From positions 107,014,001 through 107,078,000 of the forward strand of contig NC_086107.1 in NCBI RefSeq assembly GCF_963921235.1: a stretch of DNA of 64,000 nucleotides. Direction: 5' to 3'. The notes below the pieces were generated by a model. That model did no database searches. It was not told where the DNA came from and worked only from the letters and a program-made list of their open reading frames with translations. Source of the DNA: Mobula hypostoma. Lineage: Eukaryota. Positions 53,631 through 64,000 of this stretch are shown piece after piece (positions within the stretch are counted from its first letter, which is position 1; the number at the start of each line of letters is the position of its first letter). Position numbers and translations under genes: made by a program.

Positions 53631-53849
53631 TTCTGATGTATTGGAGTGCTACATCCAGTGAGAATTCATCCACTTCCTTTCATCACATCGCAGACTCCAT
53701 CCGGCAATATCAGCCTCTCCATTGGTCACAGCTTGCTTGGATCACTAAGGAGACCCAATCTTCAGCTATTGTGGCAAGTAGTGGTAATGGGCTTGCGTAG
53801 AACCAGTAACACAGCGGTTAACGAAATGCTATTACAGCTCCAGAATCAG

Positions 53850-54665
53850 GTTTAATATCACTGGCAACTTGTTGTTACAGGATATTATGCAACAGTAGTA
53901 CATTGCAATACATAATACTAAAATGTGTAAATTGCAGAAAGAGTTAAATAAAATAACTAGTGCAAAAAGTAGCGAGGTAGTGTTCATGGTTCAATGTCCA
54001 TTCAGAAACCGGATGGCAGAGGGGAAGACACTACTCCTGAATCATTGAGTGTGTGTGTCTCTGGCCCCTCTACCTCCTCCCTGATAACAACAATGAGAAC
54101 AAGGCATGACCTGGGTTCGTAACGATGGATGCTGCCTTTGAAGGCATCTTGGATGTTGGGGAGGCTGGTGCCCATGATGGAGCTGACTGAGTTTACAACT
54201 CCCTGCAGCTTACTTCGATCCTGTGCAGTGCCGCCTCCCATATCAGATGATGGTGCAGCTAGCTAGCATGCTCTCCATGGTGGTGGTGGTGGTGGTTGGC
54301 ATCCGTCTGTCTCGAGGGGCAATGGGTCATCATTATCATCATCACAAGCCTGGGCAGAAGGTACGGAGATCCTGAGATGCCCAATCATCCAAAACCTCTC
54401 TCGGCCTCACCAGTATAGTCCAAAGGACAGCTTATGAAGCAATACGTTTGGCACCAGCTTGGTTCCACAGTACATCTGTAGAAATTTGCGGCTGTCTTTG
54501 GTGACATACCATGTCTCCTCAAACTCCTAATGAAATGTAGCCACTGTTGTGCCTTTCATGTGGCTGCATCAATATGTTGGGCTTAGGATAGACCTTCAGG
54601 GACGTTGTCACCCAGAAACTTGGAATTGCTCACTCTTTCCACTTCTAATCCCTCTATGAGGGATC
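53850..54665 (-). mobile_element. Rex1-type fragment with an inserted RTE-like piece (~54278-54465)
   Basis: ORF 54002..54241 AQDRSKLQGVVNSVSSIMGTSLP; Rex1 sequence resumes at ~54466. Confidence 0.7.
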
Positions 54666-55233
54666 ATTGCTGTCTTGGGCTTGGACAGTGAAGTGATGCT
54701 TCTGAATTTCATCTCATTCTTAAAGTATATCACAGTGGGTTTCCTTATCATTCAGGTTGTGGGTGTTGCTGGCAGTTATTGCCCAAGTCACGTTGTTCAT
54801 CAGGTATAGTTTCTTGACGGGAGTCTTCAAAAACCTTAGAACAACTTTCAGGTGGACATCTTGCCAGTGACGCATCCTTTGACGTCTTTCCGCCATCTCC
54901 ATGTCAGGAACATGACGGGATACGCTTCATTAGTACATTCCCTCCGTGACTGTGTGAGTTTTCTCCGGGTGCTCTGTTCTTTTCTCATATTCCGAAGACG
55001 TAGGTTAATTGGTCACATGTGCGTAACTAGGCAGTGCGGTCCCACTGGGCCAGAAGGGTCTAAATAAAAAAATGGCCATCTCTGACAGTGATGGGAGCAA
55101 TCTACCCCACCGCCCCCTCCCACCGCTTAACATTCAAAGGTCTTGCCAACACTGAATTCCAGCCTCCTCTTCCACCACCATCAACATTTGGTTGCCTCAC
55201 TGGTGTTATCTGCTCAAGGAGATCTGTTTTTTT

Positions 55234-56092
55234 TGTGAGAATGATGTAATGGTCTCTTGGAGGTCACTTGATGTGATTTTCCCGCCGATGTGAGGTCACG
55301 CGATGACATGTGACCCATGACTATATAAGGGTCGACTCAGATGACGCAGTTAGTTTTTAGTTTGTAGATTTCCAGGTAGAACGTGCTGTATCTCCGTTTC
55401 TGTTGCGTGTTTGTTTTTGTGATGCAGTTTCATTTTTAAAATGGTTTTGCATTCTGTTGCAAGATACCATATTGTTGGACTGGAAATTTTTGGCTAGATG
55501 TGTTGATTTACTCAATTCCAACATTCGAAGGGAGAGTGAAGAATTTATCGAAGTGCAGGATCGAGGAATCGAGAGGAGTTGGCATCATTTGGCAGTTTAA
55601 TAAAGGATCGACCTTATTGAGTCTTCGTTGGAGTAGCATCCTGCATCGGAGATAACTCTTGCCAAAAAGAGCAAAGAGTTCATGCAACAGTCTGCGCTCT
55701 CTCTCTAAAAGAATTTAAGGTCAGTTGTTTTAAACTGTTTATTTACCGCCACGTGGATTCTGTGGACAGAACCTGCAGGAAAGTTGTGTCTGTGAAGAAA
55801 TCCTTCTCCAGAGAAGTCTCTCCCAATTGAACGTATGGATCTGTTGGACTTTCGAATTTATCACTTTAAGAACTATATCTGACTTTATCACTTTAAGAAC
55901 TGTTTCCGCAGTTAACGCTTTAAGAACCAGAGCTGAGTGTTGATTTGTTGAACGGCTACATATCGGTTAACTTCTGGTTACAGTTTTTGTTTGTTTTTTT
56001 TTTACCTTATCGTTTATCCGTGTTTAATAAATGTTTGGTTATTTTTATATAACTTGTCTCGATTGATGTTCATTGTTGCCGGTTATGTAACA
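55234..56092 (+). mobile_element. Probable solo LTR
   Basis: TG...CA-type ends (tgtgag.../...gtaaca), tatataa at 55322, aataaa near 56026, internal direct repeats; no clean TSD and the left edge is uncertain. Confidence 0.5.
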
Positions 56093-56199
56093 TTGGCAAC
56101 AACCTGAACGACAGCAGCTACGTACAGATAAGCAGGTCTGAGGGAGGGTGTTCTACAGTGAGTGATTCAGCTCACTGTGACACCCTAAGGCACTTTCAA

Positions 56200-56842
56200 C
56201 ATTGGCACAACCATGTTGAGGTCACACTTGGAGTTTAGGGAGGATGCTGTTTTAGTGAAGATGCTGTTAAACTAGGAAGAGTGTGGAAAAGGAGTACCAG
56301 GATGTTGCCTGGACTTGGAGTTACAAAGAGAAGTTGCATAGATGAGAAATTTTATTCCCTGGAACTTAAGCGCATGACTAAGATGACTACGACCAAGATG
56401 AATGGAAGGGGTAACATAGATAGAGTGTTTGATGGGCTTGTGCTTGCTGGAGTTTAGAAGAATGAAGGAGGATCTCAATGAAACCTGCTGAGTATCAAAA
56501 AGCCCGATAGAGTGCACAGGGAGAGAATGCTTCCAGTAGCGAGGGAGTCTAGAACCAAGGGGCACAGACTCAGAATAGAAGAATGTCCTTTTAGAACAGA
56601 GGTGAGGAAGAAATTCTTCATCCAGAGTGTGATGAATCTGTGGAATTTGTTGCCATTGATAGATGTGGAGGCCAAGTCAGTGAGTACATTTAAATTGGAG
56701 GTTGATGGGTTCTTAATTAGAAATTAAAAGGTTCTGGTGAAAAGGCAGGAGAATGGGGTTGAGAAGGAAAATAAATCAGCCTTGATGGAAAGCCAGAGCA
56801 GACTCAATGGGGCAAATACCCTAAGTCTGCTCCTATGGTCTA
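56200..56842 (+). mobile_element. CR1 fragments
   Basis: ORF 56512..56727 ESRTKGHRL..KKFFIQSVMNLWN. Confidence 0.8.
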
Positions 56843-56934
56843 ATGAAGTTGAAAAGAATACTTTTCACCTACTTGAGTGAAATTCCTCTGAGCAGCACAA
56901 CTCCACCCAGACAAAACTAGAGACCAAATCTTTT

Positions 56935-57776
56935 AGATAGTTAGATAGGTAGATAGATAGATAGACATACTTTATTGATCCCAAGGGAAATTGGGTTTCG
57001 TTACAGTTGCACCAACCAAGAATAGAGTATAAATATAGCGATATAAAACCATAAATAATTAAATAATAATATGTAAATTATGCCAGATGGAAATAAGTCC
57101 AGGACCAGCCTATTGGCTCCGGGTGTCTGACCTTCCAAGGGAGGAGTTGTAAAGTTTGATGGCCACAGGCAGGAAAAATCCTAAAGGGATTGGACAGGCT
57201 AGATGCAGGAAGATTGTTCCCGATGTTGGGGAAGTCCAGAACAAGGGGTCACAGTTTGAGGATAAAGGGGAAGCCTTTTAGGACCGAGATTAGGAAAAAC
57301 TTCTTCACACAGAGAGTGGTGAATCTGTGGAATTCTCTGCCACAGGAAACAGTTGAGGCCAGTTCATTGGCTATATCTAAGAGGGAGTTAGATATGGCCC
57401 TTGTGGCTACGGGGATCAGGGGGTATGGAGGGAAGGCTGGGGCGGGGTTCTGAGTTGGATGATCAGCCATGATCATAATAAATGGCGGTGCAGGCTCGAA
57501 GGGCCGAATGGCCTACTCCTGCACCTATTTTCTATGTTTCTATGTTTCTATGAATGACTTCCTATGATGCTCAGTGTTGCATCTCAGTGGAATGAGTCTC
57601 TGGCTGAATGTACTCCTGTGCCCAACCAGTACATTATGTAGTGGATGGGAGACATTGTTCAAGATGGCATGCAACTTGGACAGCATCCTCTTTTCAGACA
57701 CCACCGTCAGAGAGTCCAGTTCCATCCCCACAACATCACTGGCCTTATGAATGAGTTTGTTGATTCTGTTGGTGTC
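56935..57776 (-). mobile_element. Rex1-type fragment split by a plus-strand CR1 3' end (57176-57551)
   Basis: ggccacaggcaggaa|CR1|gaatgacttcc is contiguous (as reverse complement) in the copy at 15841-15869; CR1 ORF 57190..57453 with a (tttctatg)n tail. Confidence 0.9.
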
Positions 57777-58360
57777 CAGATTTTGGTCACTGGACTGTGA
57801 GCTGTGGTGGAAATGGTGACTGTTGTTCTCTTCTCAGCTGGACACTTTTCTGTCCTACTATCATCTTCCAAACACACCAAGAAATAATTCAATCTCAGCG
57901 CGTCAGAACTTGGGTATCATTGGCAAAGCCAGAGGTGATTGCCCACCTCAAAACGACCTTGAGAAGGTGGCGGTGAAATGCCTTCTTGGACTGCTGCAGT
58001 CCTTCTGATGGTAGTGCTTATGGGAAGGGAGGGCCACGTCAGGATCCAGTGGGAATGAAGGAAAAGTGACATACTTTCAAGCCAGGATGGTGTATGACTT
58101 GGAGGGGATCCTTCCAATGTACTTGATGCCTTTGTACGTTTAGATGATAGAGATCATGGGTTTCAGAGGTGCTGTCGGTACCTGCGTGATTAACTGTAAT
58201 GCGTCATGTAGGTGGTACGTGCACAGACCTGGTGCACTGGTGAGAGAAAGGAAAGTTTAGAGTTGTCGGTGGTGCATCAAATCACAGAGTCGTTGACAGT
58301 ACCGAGCTCAGCCTAGTTGCGACACTGCACTTGTCAAAGCACAGGGACTGTAACCCATCA

Positions 58361-58441
58361 CAACCCTGACATGGAGATGGTGGAAAGACTTTGACTTGTC
58401 AACCCTGACATGGAGATGGTGGAAAGACTTTGACTTGTCAA
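58361..58441. repeat. Perfect 39-bp tandem duplication
   Basis: caaccctgacatggagatggtggaaagactttgacttgt x2. Confidence 0.95.
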
Positions 58442-58514
58442 AGGCATGTCACTTTTGCAAGGTATCTAGCTGAGATTTCTACTAGGGTTTTTGAAGACTC
58501 CTCTTTCGGAACTG

Positions 58515-59210
58515 CGCTCAGTGGCCACTTTATTAGGTCACGGTCTTCTGCTGCTGTCGCCCATCCACTTCCAGATTCGGTGTGTTGTGCATTCGGAGAT
58601 GCTCTTCTGCTCACCACTGTTGCAACGCGTAGTACTTGAGTTACTGTTACCTTCTGGTTGGCTTGAACCTGTCTGGTCATTCTCCTCTGACCTCTCTCGT
58701 TAATAACAAACAAGAGAAAATCTGCAGATGCTGGCGATTCAAGTAGCACACACAAAATGCTGGAGGAACTCAGCAGGCCAGGCATTATCTATGGAAGAGA
58801 GTACAGTTGATGACTCTCCTGTCTCGGCCTGTACTCTTCTCCATAGCCTGCTGAGCTCCTCTGGCATTTTGTGTTTCTCTCATTAACAAGACATTTTTGT
58901 CACAGAGCTGCCACTCACCGGATTTTTTTTGTTTTTCACACCATTCTATGTAAACTCTAGAGACTGTTGTGTGTGAAAATCCCAGGCGATCAGCAGGTTC
59001 TGAGATACTTCAACCACCCCAACTGACGTCAACAATCATTCCACGGTCAAAGTCACTTGGATCACATTTGTTCCTCATCCTGATGTTTGGCCTGAACAAC
59101 AGTTGAACCACTTGACCACGTCAACATGCTTTTATGCATTGAGTGGCCGATTAGATATCGGCAGACATGAGCAGGTGCAGAGGTGTACCTAATAAAATGG
59201 CCAGTGAGTG
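58515..59210. mobile_element. Tc1-like non-autonomous element containing a palindromic PLE-derived insert (58704-58875)
   Basis: TIRs cgctcagtggccactttattaggt / acctaataaaatggccagtgagtg; body homologous to 35168-36384. Confidence 0.82.
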
Positions 59211-60202
59211 CAGAATGGAAGAACAGTGTGACTCGGGCAATATATGCCAGCAACGCCCACATCCTGAACAGCGAGCAAATAAAGAGAAAACCCACTGTGA
59301 CATGCGTTAAGAATGGGATGAAACTCGAAAGCGTGACTTCACTGTCCAAGCCCAACTTTGGTTCAATGATTCACTTTCTTACAATTATTACATACAATTC
59401 TTTCACCAGACAAAGTTTCATCCCAGCAATGGTTTGACATTCAGCAGAGAGTGTCTGAGTTACAATGGGAGTGAGTCATGATACATCTCAACAATGTACA
59501 CACATTAGTAGAAGTATTAAATCCGCAGAACAGATAAAGGCCATTCTGCCCAGTATGCCTGTGCTGGTTCTTTGTAAGTGTAGCCTAATTAGCACTCTTC
59601 TCCATAATCTTTTTAATTTATTCTTTAGTTTGACACTTTCAAATATTTATCTAATTCCCTTTGAGAAGTTCTGCGTTCAAACATTCAGAATGTTTGGTGT
59701 GTCACTGTAGGGTAGTGGCTAGTGTAACACTATTACCAACAGTGATCCAGGTTCAATTCCTCATGCTGCCTGTCAGGAGTTTGTGATGGAAGGTCTCAGC
59801 TCGAAATGCCGACTGCTTATCCTTTTCTACAGATGCTTCCTGACGTCCAGCATTTTCTATGTGTTACTCTGGGTGCTGCAGTTTTCTCCCACATTTCAAA
59901 GACATACAGGTCTGTAGTTTAATTGGTCACATGGGTGTAAATGGGCAGCATGGGCTTGTTGGGCTGAAGGGCCTGTTACTGTATCTCTAAATCCAAATCT
60001 AATGCACAGTAGGGATGATGTGCTATTGTAAGTAAGTAGGTATAAAGTTTTATGCCTCGTTCTTGACTTCCAAAGAACATGTGGATCATAAAAGTATCAG
60101 GATCCAGCACTACTCTGACTGCACCATTCCAGCCCCAGAGGTCTACCACCTAGAATGGTAAACCAACGGATGTCTGAGAACATTCATGCTAGTAGGATCC
60201 CC

Positions 60203-60685
60203 CTTCTCCGTGGATTGTCACCTTGTCGCGGTGGAGAAGCTTGTGTGATCCTGTGATCCCGAGAACGATGCCGTCTGGAGTTATGCTCCTGGTAGGGTCA
60301 CCCATGGCGGTAAGGTCGAGGGTGAGGTCCCTGACAAAGAACAATCCAACCAAGACCTCAACGGTGGAACAGGTGGACGAAGTTACTTCGAACTCAACGG
60401 CTGTGAAGGCGGATGAAGGCTGCAACAAATCCATCAGCTCCAATCGTCGTGGTTTCCATGCCATTGGAATCACCTGGTTGATTTGTGAAGTATCGTGTGC
60501 TTCTTGGAGTGCAACATCAAGTACACGTTAAACAAATACACGCACAGGCGTCTTCACTCTGTGGGCCACTTAAGAACTTTCAAAGGCAAGACTGGACTCA
60601 CAAGCCACTTGAGAGCCCGTAAGTAGATCAACAGAACGAAGACCATCATCCTCGACCTCAAGGGATGGCCACGACGACGACAACA
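60203..60685 (+). mobile_element. RTE (BovB/Expander-like 5' end) non-autonomous element
   Basis: caccttgtcg.ggtgg...gcttg...ctcctggtagggtcacccatgg...ctgacaaa head recalled from RTE-clade 5' UTRs; (acg)n tail. Confidence 0.65.
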
Positions 60686-60939
60686 CCATCTTGACTTGGG
60701 AATGCTGTCTATCACTGCTGGGTCCAAATCCTGGAATTCCCATTACTAGGAGGACTAGTATGACTCAGGGAGAAAGTTCATCACCACCATCTCAGGGGTA
60801 GTTAGGGATAAGTGATAAATGTGATCTTAATGAAACCCTTCCTTAACTTCCTCTGTTCTGAAAGTTGCCTGGCCTCCCAACACACAACGGACGGCACAAG
60901 AGACTACAATCTGGAATCTCAGAAGGACTGAGATTCGTG

Positions 60940-61442
60940 GGGTATGTGCTATAATGAGAGGCTAGACAAACTTGGGTTGTGTTCTCTGGAATGGAGAACC
61001 ATGAGGGGAGATTTGATAGAGGTTTATAAGATTATAAGAGGTATCAATACCTTATTCCCAGGGTTGAAATGTCTAATACCAGAGAGCATGCCTTTAAGTT
61101 GAAATAGGTGTATTTTCAAACGAGGTGTGAGAGGCAAGTCTTTTTACACAGACACCATAAGACGTAGGAGCAGAATTAGGCTGTCGGTGATTGGAGGAAA
61201 GTATAGGGAGAGGATACCAGGGATAAGAATTGTTACACAGAGAGTGGTGGGTGCCTGGAGTGTTGGTAGAGGCTTTAGGGATCTTTAAGAGACATTTAGA
61301 TAGGTACACAAATGTGAAGAAAATGGAGGGATATGGACATTGTGTAGTCAGAAGGGATTAGTCTAGTTGGCCATTTGATTACTAATTTATTTGGTTTAGC
61401 ACAACATTGTGGGCTGAAGGGCCTGTTCCTGTTCTATGTTCT
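60940..61442 (+). mobile_element. CR1 3' fragment
   Basis: LDKLGL.SLE.R.MRGDLIEVYKI remnant and 3' UTR. Confidence 0.8.
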
Positions 61443-61601
61443 TTCACTGCAGTACTGTGCAGAAGTCTTAGGCACCCTAGCTATAAGGGTCTGTGCCTAA
61501 GACTTTTGCACGGTTCCCTGCTGTGGTAATTTTTTAACATTTTTATTTAGAGATACAGCGTGGTAAAGGCCCTTCTGGCCCAACAATCCTGGGCCACCCA
61601 A

Positions 61602-62158
61602 TTACACCTCTGTGACTGATTGCACCCCTGTGACCAATGACACCCTTGTGACTGATTACACCCCTGCGACCGATTACACCCCTGCGACCGATTACACCCC
61701 TGTGACCGATTACATCCCTGTGACTGATTACACCCCTGTGACCGATTACATCCCTGTAACTAATGACACCCCTGTGACCGATTACACCCCTGTGACCAAT
61801 GACACCCCTGTGACTGATTACACCTGTGACCAGTTACACCCCATGTGACTGATTACACCCCTGTGACCGATTACATCCCTGTGACCAATGACACCCCTGT
61901 GACTGATTACACCTGTGACCAGTTACACCCCATGTGACTGATTACACCCCTGTGACCGATTACACCCCTGTGACCAATGACACCCCTGTGACCGATTACA
62001 CCCCTGTGACCGATTACACCTGTGACCAATGACACCCCTGTGACTGATTACACCCCTGTGACCGATTACACCCCTGTGACCAATGACACCCCTGTGACCA
62101 ATGACACCCCATGTGACCGATTATGTGACCATGTGACCATGTGACCATGTGACCATGT
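61602..62158. repeat. 18-bp minisatellite (acacccctgtgaccgatt) inside a minus-strand tRNA-SINE (~61535-62305)
   Basis: About 29 units followed by (atgtgacc)n; SINE head and tail flank it. Confidence 0.95.
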
Positions 62159-62799
62159 AACCTAGTAACCCATAGGTCTTTGGACTGTGGGAGGAAACCC
62201 ACACAGTCACGGCGAGAACGTACAGACTCTTTACCAACAGCGGCAGATCCGAACCTGAGTTGCTGGTGCTGTAGTAGTGTTATACTAACCCCTACGCCAG
62301 CGCGCTGCCTCCAACGAAATGGCATATAAAGCAAACCTCGGTAGATGTGACAATAATAAACCAATTTACCGGTCTGCCACTTTAAATGTTTGATCCTTTG
62401 TGCTGAGCATACCTCAAGCTCCAGCAGACCGAAGATGTCACAGAGAAACAGACTCAGCAATGACCCTCGCAAGCCGATAAATTCTTCATATATTTTAAAG
62501 GGGTAGCATCTTTTTCTTCCAAATACAAGTGAAAATTGTTCCAACCAACTCCGTTCTGACACTTAGCATGATAGAGTCATGCAACAGAGAAACAGACCCT
62601 TCAATCCATCGAAACTATGCTGACCACCTAGCATCTATGCACTAATCCTATTATTTTTCCCTACATTCCTATCAGCTCATCCAAAAATGTGTCACACACT
62701 TACACACGAGGGGAATTTACAGTGGTTGCTTTATCTTCCAACCTGCACATCTTTGGGATATGGGAGAAGATCGGAGCATCCAGGGTCACAGAGAGAAGC

Positions 62800-63160
62800 A
62801 GGTAGGAGGTACGAGAGCCTCAGGACTCACTCCACCAGGTTCAAGAGCAGTTACTACCCCTCAACCATCAGGCTCCTGAACACATGGGGATAACTTCACT
62901 TGCCCTATCATTGAAATGTTCCCACAACCAATGGAATCACTTTCAAGAATTCTTCACCTCATGCTCTCGTTATTTATTGCTATTTATTTATATTTGCATT
63001 TGCACAGTTTGTTGTCTTCTGCACTCTGGTTGATCTTTCATTGATCCTGTTATAGTCACTATTCTATAGATTTACTGAGTATGCCCACAAGAAAATAAAT
63101 CTCAGGGTTGTATATGGTGGCATAGATGTACTTTGATAATAAAATTTATTTTGAACTTTG
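62800..63160 (+). mobile_element. Rex1-type 3' end
   Basis: GRRYESLRTH..RFKSSYYPSTIRLLN; UTR as in 9190-9520. Confidence 0.85.
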
Positions 63161-64000
63161 AGAGAGCATGCAAACTCCACAGAGAGAGCACTGGGGTTCT
63201 GTTAGCTGCACTACTGTGCACACAGTACTGCAAGAGGAAAGGACTTAGGCAGACACATTGTCCTCCTGCCCCACCATCTTTCTCTCCCTTCATCTGACTT
63301 GCCTGTCCAGAGCCTCTATTCCTTACAGTTTTCCCAGCTCCCTCCTTTATGTTTCCGGTTCCTTCCGGCTTAAGATGGCACCATTGGATGTGTGCAACAA
63401 TTCAGCAGTAGCTCAAAAGGCAAGAAATTCGACTAAAAACATTACTAATAGCACCTTTCCTGAAGCAAATTGTGGTAAACTATCTCCACAAACCATGAAG
63501 AAGCGAGCGGACACGAAGCTGATTCAAAGGATGGGTCGTGCGGGTGCATCGCAAAACCAAGGCGCAACATCTTCAAGATGGGGGTTGCAGACGGAGCTGT
63601 TATCGCTGTCGGGGATGGAGTGAGGGATTTGGAGAGGAGTCAATGCCGAAGAGTTTCACTGCCCGTCCACCAAACTCGGGTGCGAGGTCGGGTCGCTCCA
63701 AGCACCGAGCTGATTTGGTGAGGTCGAGAACAGCTTCGGGCCGGGCGCCCAGGCGTATTGGAGCGAGGTGCTACCCGGTGCTTGGACAATTTAAACACTG
63801 GCCCAGATAGACTGGAAAGCCTGAGTATTGGGACCAGAGGCAAGGGTCGGGCTGGCTTTGCTCGCTGTCCCGCGATGTTCATTCAACTTTCAGCGGTGAA
63901 CTGCTCCGGCCGCTGTGCTATTTAGACCGAGGCTTAGGCTGACTCCTGCTGCTTCGGGGAGCAGATCGAAGTACTCAGTCTGGTTTGGAATTCTGTCGTT

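Noticed and set aside
61612..61848. TDYTPV repeat protein
   Set aside because: Frame-preserving 18-bp minisatellite inside a SINE; no splice or gene context.

Overview
This is vertebrate genomic DNA; the repeat repertoire suggests a cartilaginous fish, probably a ray (inference). The window lies inside a minus-strand cacng2 (stargazin/TARP gamma-2) gene. Two coding exons are recognisable with canonical splice sites: exon 2 (34736-34819, 84 bp) and exon 3 (22584-22724, 141 bp). Exons 1 and 4 are not seen and presumably lie outside the window. The rest is intron packed with often-nested repeats: CR1 LINEs, Rex1/Babar-type LINEs, tRNA-derived SINEs, RTE-related short elements, Penelope-like (PLE) derivatives, Tc1 and hAT MITEs, a probable solo LTR, and several mini/microsatellites. 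The most interesting signals are at RNA level: (i) many minimal hammerhead-ribozyme motifs, in two families, carried by palindromic, TSD-flanked PLE-derived elements; (ii) an HDV/CPEB3-like double-pseudoknot fold at the 5' end of an RTE-related element; (iii) repeat-derived clusters of neuronal splicing-factor motifs just downstream of both cacng2 exons. Repeat boundaries are approximate, and family names come from motif recognition, not database searches.
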